From: Cyclobacteriaceae bacterium | Lineage (GTDB): Bacteria > Bacteroidota > Bacteroidia > Cytophagales > Cyclobacteriaceae | Length of the DNA: 64,000 bases | Reading direction: 5' to 3' | Assembly (NCBI GenBank): GCA_965267535.1 | Contig: OZ254082.1 | Location: forward strand, 4,409,904-4,473,903 | Translations under genes and position numbers: made by a program | Notes under the pieces: model-generated | Told to the model about the DNA's origin: nothing | What the model saw: only the letters and a program-made list of their open reading frames with translations | The model's database searches: none | In this document: piece after piece, positions 61,566-64,000 of the stretch | Position numbering within the stretch: the stretch's first letter is position 1 | Layout: the number at the start of each line of letters is the position of its first letter

Positions 61566-62079
61566 AACATACCAGCACTTTTGTTTAGGAGCCGTATTTG
61601 GCTTGCTGATGTATGCCTGTGCCCCATCGGCTACCAAAACCGTGACTCATACTACCTATGATGAAGATTTATCTATTCATAGGAATACATACCCCGAACC
61701 TGAAATTGTGCACACACAACCAACCGATCAACCGGTTGAGGAAAAGCCCACTGTAGAGCCGGTCTTTCACCTCAAAAGCGAAATGGATAGCGTGCTGCAT
61801 AAAGTAACCACTGCCAAAGAAAGCAACTATGTGCAGGGGCTAACCATACAGGTCTATTCTGGCAACAATCGGGAAATGGCCAGCGAAGTGAAAACACAGA
61901 TTTTTGAAATCTCTGAAGATTATTCTCCTGAAACTCACTACGACCAACCCAACTACAAAGTGACTGTTGGACAATACTTTTCCAGAATAGAAGCCAGCAA
62001 AGACTACAACACGCTAAAACAAACTTTCACACAGGCTCTCCTGGTACCAAAAAAAATTCGAATCCCTTCCGATAACTAA
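61549..62079 (+). CDS. SPOR-domain lipoprotein
   Basis: Lipobox MYAC; C-terminal IQVYSG...[16 protein letters not shown]. Confidence 0.8.
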   Translation: MSYLNKTYQHFCLGAVFGLLMYACAPSATKTVTHTTYDEDLSIHRNTYPEPEIVHTQPTDQPVEEKPTVEPVFHLKSEMDSVLHKVTTAKESNYVQGLTIQVYSGNNREMASEVKTQIFEISEDYSPETHYDQPNYKVTVGQYFSRIEASKDYNTLKQTFTQALLVPKKIRIPSDN

Positions 62080-63269
62080 TGTCGCTACTGCAACAAATAC
62101 AAGAGCTTTCCGCCAACCTTTTTGAGGAAACTCAAAAAAACAGAAGACACCTTCATGCTCACCCCGAACTTTCCTTCGAAGAGCACAATACCAGTCGGTT
62201 TATTCAAGATAAACTAACGGCCTGGGGGATACCCTTTGAAGCAGGAATAGCAGATACAGGCATTGTTGCCACTATACACGGCAAAAATCCTGACAAGAAA
62301 ACCATAGCACTACGAGGCGATATGGATGCTCTGCCCATCACAGAGCAAAATGACAAGCCCTACAAATCGACTAACGAAGGAGTAATGCATGCCTGTGGAC
62401 ACGATGTTCATACCTCTTCGCTCCTTTCAGCTACCTACATATTACACCAGTTAGCTGACAAGTTTGAAGGGTCTGTAAGATGTATTTTTCAGCCGGGAGA
62501 AGAAAAACTACCCGGAGGTGCTTCGCTCATGATCAAAGAAGGAGTACTGAAAACCCCCTCCCCCTCCGGTATATTTGGCCAGCATGTCATGCCACTGATC
62601 CCGGTAGGAAAGGTAGGATTTCGAAAAGGCATGTATATGGCCAGTGCAGACGAAATATACATGACCGTAAAGGGCAAAGGAGGCCATGCCGCTTTGCCGG
62701 AGCAAAATATCGACCCTATTCTTATCACATCCCACATCATAGTGGCCTTGCAGCAGGTTGTCAGTCGTATGGCCAGTCCCAAAATCCCCAGCGTATTGTC
62801 ATTTGGAAATGTGATCGCGAAAGGAGCCACCAATGTTATCCCGGACAAGGTAGAAGTAATGGGGACTTTCCGTACACTCAGTGAATCCTGGCGGGCTGAA
62901 GCTCACGAAAAAATGAAAAAACTAGCAGAAGGGCTGGCCCAATCCATGGGAGGTATATGTGATTTTGATATCAGAAAAGGTTATCCCTACCTGCAAAATG
63001 CCCCGGAGCTTACAGAACGAGCCATTCAAGCTGCAAAACAGTACCTCGGTGAGGACAATGTAGTAGAACTTGACATCTGGATGGGTGCTGAAGATTTTGC
63101 CTACTATTCTCAGGAAGTGGATGCCTGCTTTTACAGATTGGGCACTCGCAATGAAGAGCAAGGCATAACCTCTGCCGTACACACTCCTACATTCGACATA
63201 GACGAACGCGCCCTGTCCTTTAGCCCTGGGCTTATGAGCTGGATTGCCCTATGCGAACTACAATCCTAA
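62079..63269 (+). CDS. M20D family amidohydrolase
   Basis: RRHLHAHPELSFEE, RGDMDALP, HACGHD, QPGEE, AEDF, HTPTFDIDE. Confidence 0.93.
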   Translation: MSLLQQIQELSANLFEETQKNRRHLHAHPELSFEEHNTSRFIQDKLTAWGIPFEAGIADTGIVATIHGKNPDKKTIALRGDMDALPITEQNDKPYKSTNEGVMHACGHDVHTSSLLSATYILHQLADKFEGSVRCIFQPGEEKLPGGASLMIKEGVLKTPSPSGIFGQHVMPLIPVGKVGFRKGMYMASADEIYMTVKGKGGHAALPEQNIDPILITSHIIVALQQVVSRMASPKIPSVLSFGNVIAKGATNVIPDKVEVMGTFRTLSESWRAEAHEKMKKLAEGLAQSMGGICDFDIRKGYPYLQNAPELTERAIQAAKQYLGEDNVVELDIWMGAEDFAYYSQEVDACFYRLGTRNEEQGITSAVHTPTFDIDERALSFSPGLMSWIALCELQS

Positions 63270-63395
63270 ACGTTTACCTTTTTTAAACTACATGCTCTTT
63301 TCAGGGCTTTTTATTATTAAAAATTCAATTTCAGGAAGATTAGACAGCCGATCTGCTAAAATTTCGTCCTACCGTTAAAATAAATTGCTGATTTT

Positions 63396-63416
63396 TATTT
63401 AGATCAATTCTAAATA
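63396..63416. promoter_or_regulatory. Palindromic operator, Fur-box-like (TATTTAGA-N5-TCTAAATA)
   Basis: Perfect 8-5-8 inverted repeat directly upstream of the -7 box TATTTTTG (63419-63426). Confidence 0.7.
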
Positions 63417-63431
63417 GATATTTTTGTGCCC

Positions 63432-63572
63432 ATGAAGGCCAATGAGCATTACTACAACCCCATGAGTACATCCTGCGAGATGCAGGAAAACGATGGCTGT
63501 GTGTTCAAAAAATGTTGTAAAAAATACAAAAAGGCCAAAAAGAAAATGTGTAAAAGTTGCCCAAAGAGATAA
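63432..63572 (+). CDS. 46-aa Cys/Lys-rich peptide (below the ORF-track cutoff)
   Basis: MKANEHYYNPMSTSCEMQENDGCVFKKCCKKYKKAKKKMCKSCPKR; follows the promoter, ends 3 nt before the next ATG; alternative start 63462. Confidence 0.7.
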   Translation: MKANEHYYNPMSTSCEMQENDGCVFKKCCKKYKKAKKKMCKSCPKR

Positions 63573-63575
63573 AGG

Positions 63576-63944
63576 ATGTTTTTACGTAATTCGCCCATCA
63601 GCGCCAAAACATTAGAGCAGATATACAATACCAAACACTGCTCTGCACTTCAATGTGACTCTACCAACTCTTTCGAAATGAACCTGTTTGGAGACAAGGT
63701 TAGGATGAATATCTGTGCGCTTATCTCATTTAGAAAAAAACTACTCGACATAAACATCGAGACCTTGCTGCTCAGTGCAGACAGCCCCAGCATAGAGGTG
63801 ATAAACCTGGACTGTATAGACAAATTATTCGTATTCACAATCGAAGAAATTCTGGAATTGAGAGATTTGACTGAAGGCACATTTGCTATGCTTCAACTCA
63901 ACAGCATTATTCACCAAAACATTCACCGAAACATCCTGGTGTAA
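63576..63944 (+). CDS. Hypothetical protein (122 aa, Cys-containing)
   Basis: Continuous ORF in an apparent operon with the peptide; C-terminal ELRDLTEGTFAMLQLN. Confidence 0.75.
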   Translation: MFLRNSPISAKTLEQIYNTKHCSALQCDSTNSFEMNLFGDKVRMNICALISFRKKLLDINIETLLLSADSPSIEVINLDCIDKLFVFTIEEILELRDLTEGTFAMLQLNSIIHQNIHRNILV

Positions 63945-63968
63945 AGGCGTAAAACCGCCCTGTATTTG

Positions 63969-63989
63969 TATTTGGACTGGTTTTAAATT
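63969..63989. promoter_or_regulatory. Second, degenerate copy of the Fur-box-like operator
   Basis: TATTTGGA-CTGGT-TTTAAATT matches the first copy at 7/8 and 6/8 positions with the same 5-nt spacer. Confidence 0.55.
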
Positions 63990-64000
63990 AACATTTAATT

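Overview
A mostly housekeeping 64-kb chromosomal segment from a Bacteroidota bacterium, probably marine Cytophagales. This assignment is inferred from TAnnTTTG-type -7 promoter boxes, A-rich start contexts without Shine-Dalgarno sites, type-B L31, and FISUMP and WG-repeat genes. Core loci are icd, mutS, rluD, ispB, dacB, rpe, a PlsB-like acyltransferase with gpsA, proline dehydrogenase, purH/purN, mreBCD-mrdA-rodA, hemC, holB, rpmE2, rpsP-rimM-trmD-rplS, dapF and secA. I saw no tRNA, rRNA, CRISPR array, transposase or prophage gene. The unexplained material is at the two ends and in intergenic DNA. (1) At the left end, a beta-propeller/Y_Y_Y sensor is fused through one TM helix directly to an HTCS-type AraC domain, with no kinase or receiver. 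It sits upstream of a CBM6-containing PSCyt/DUF1549/DUF1553 di-haem lipoprotein and a probable DUF1501 gene. (2) At the right end, an unannotated 46-aa Cys/Lys-rich peptide and a 122-aa protein lie between two copies of a Fur-box-like palindrome, suggesting the start of a metal-regulated locus. (3) A roughly 120-nt structured unit with its own promoter and terminator lies upstream of rpsP, a candidate sRNA or micro-ORF. (4) A standalone 35-aa membrane peptide has its own promoter, and there are possible uORFs in the icd, secA and S41-peptidase leaders. All calls were made by eye from motifs; no database search or folding program was run.
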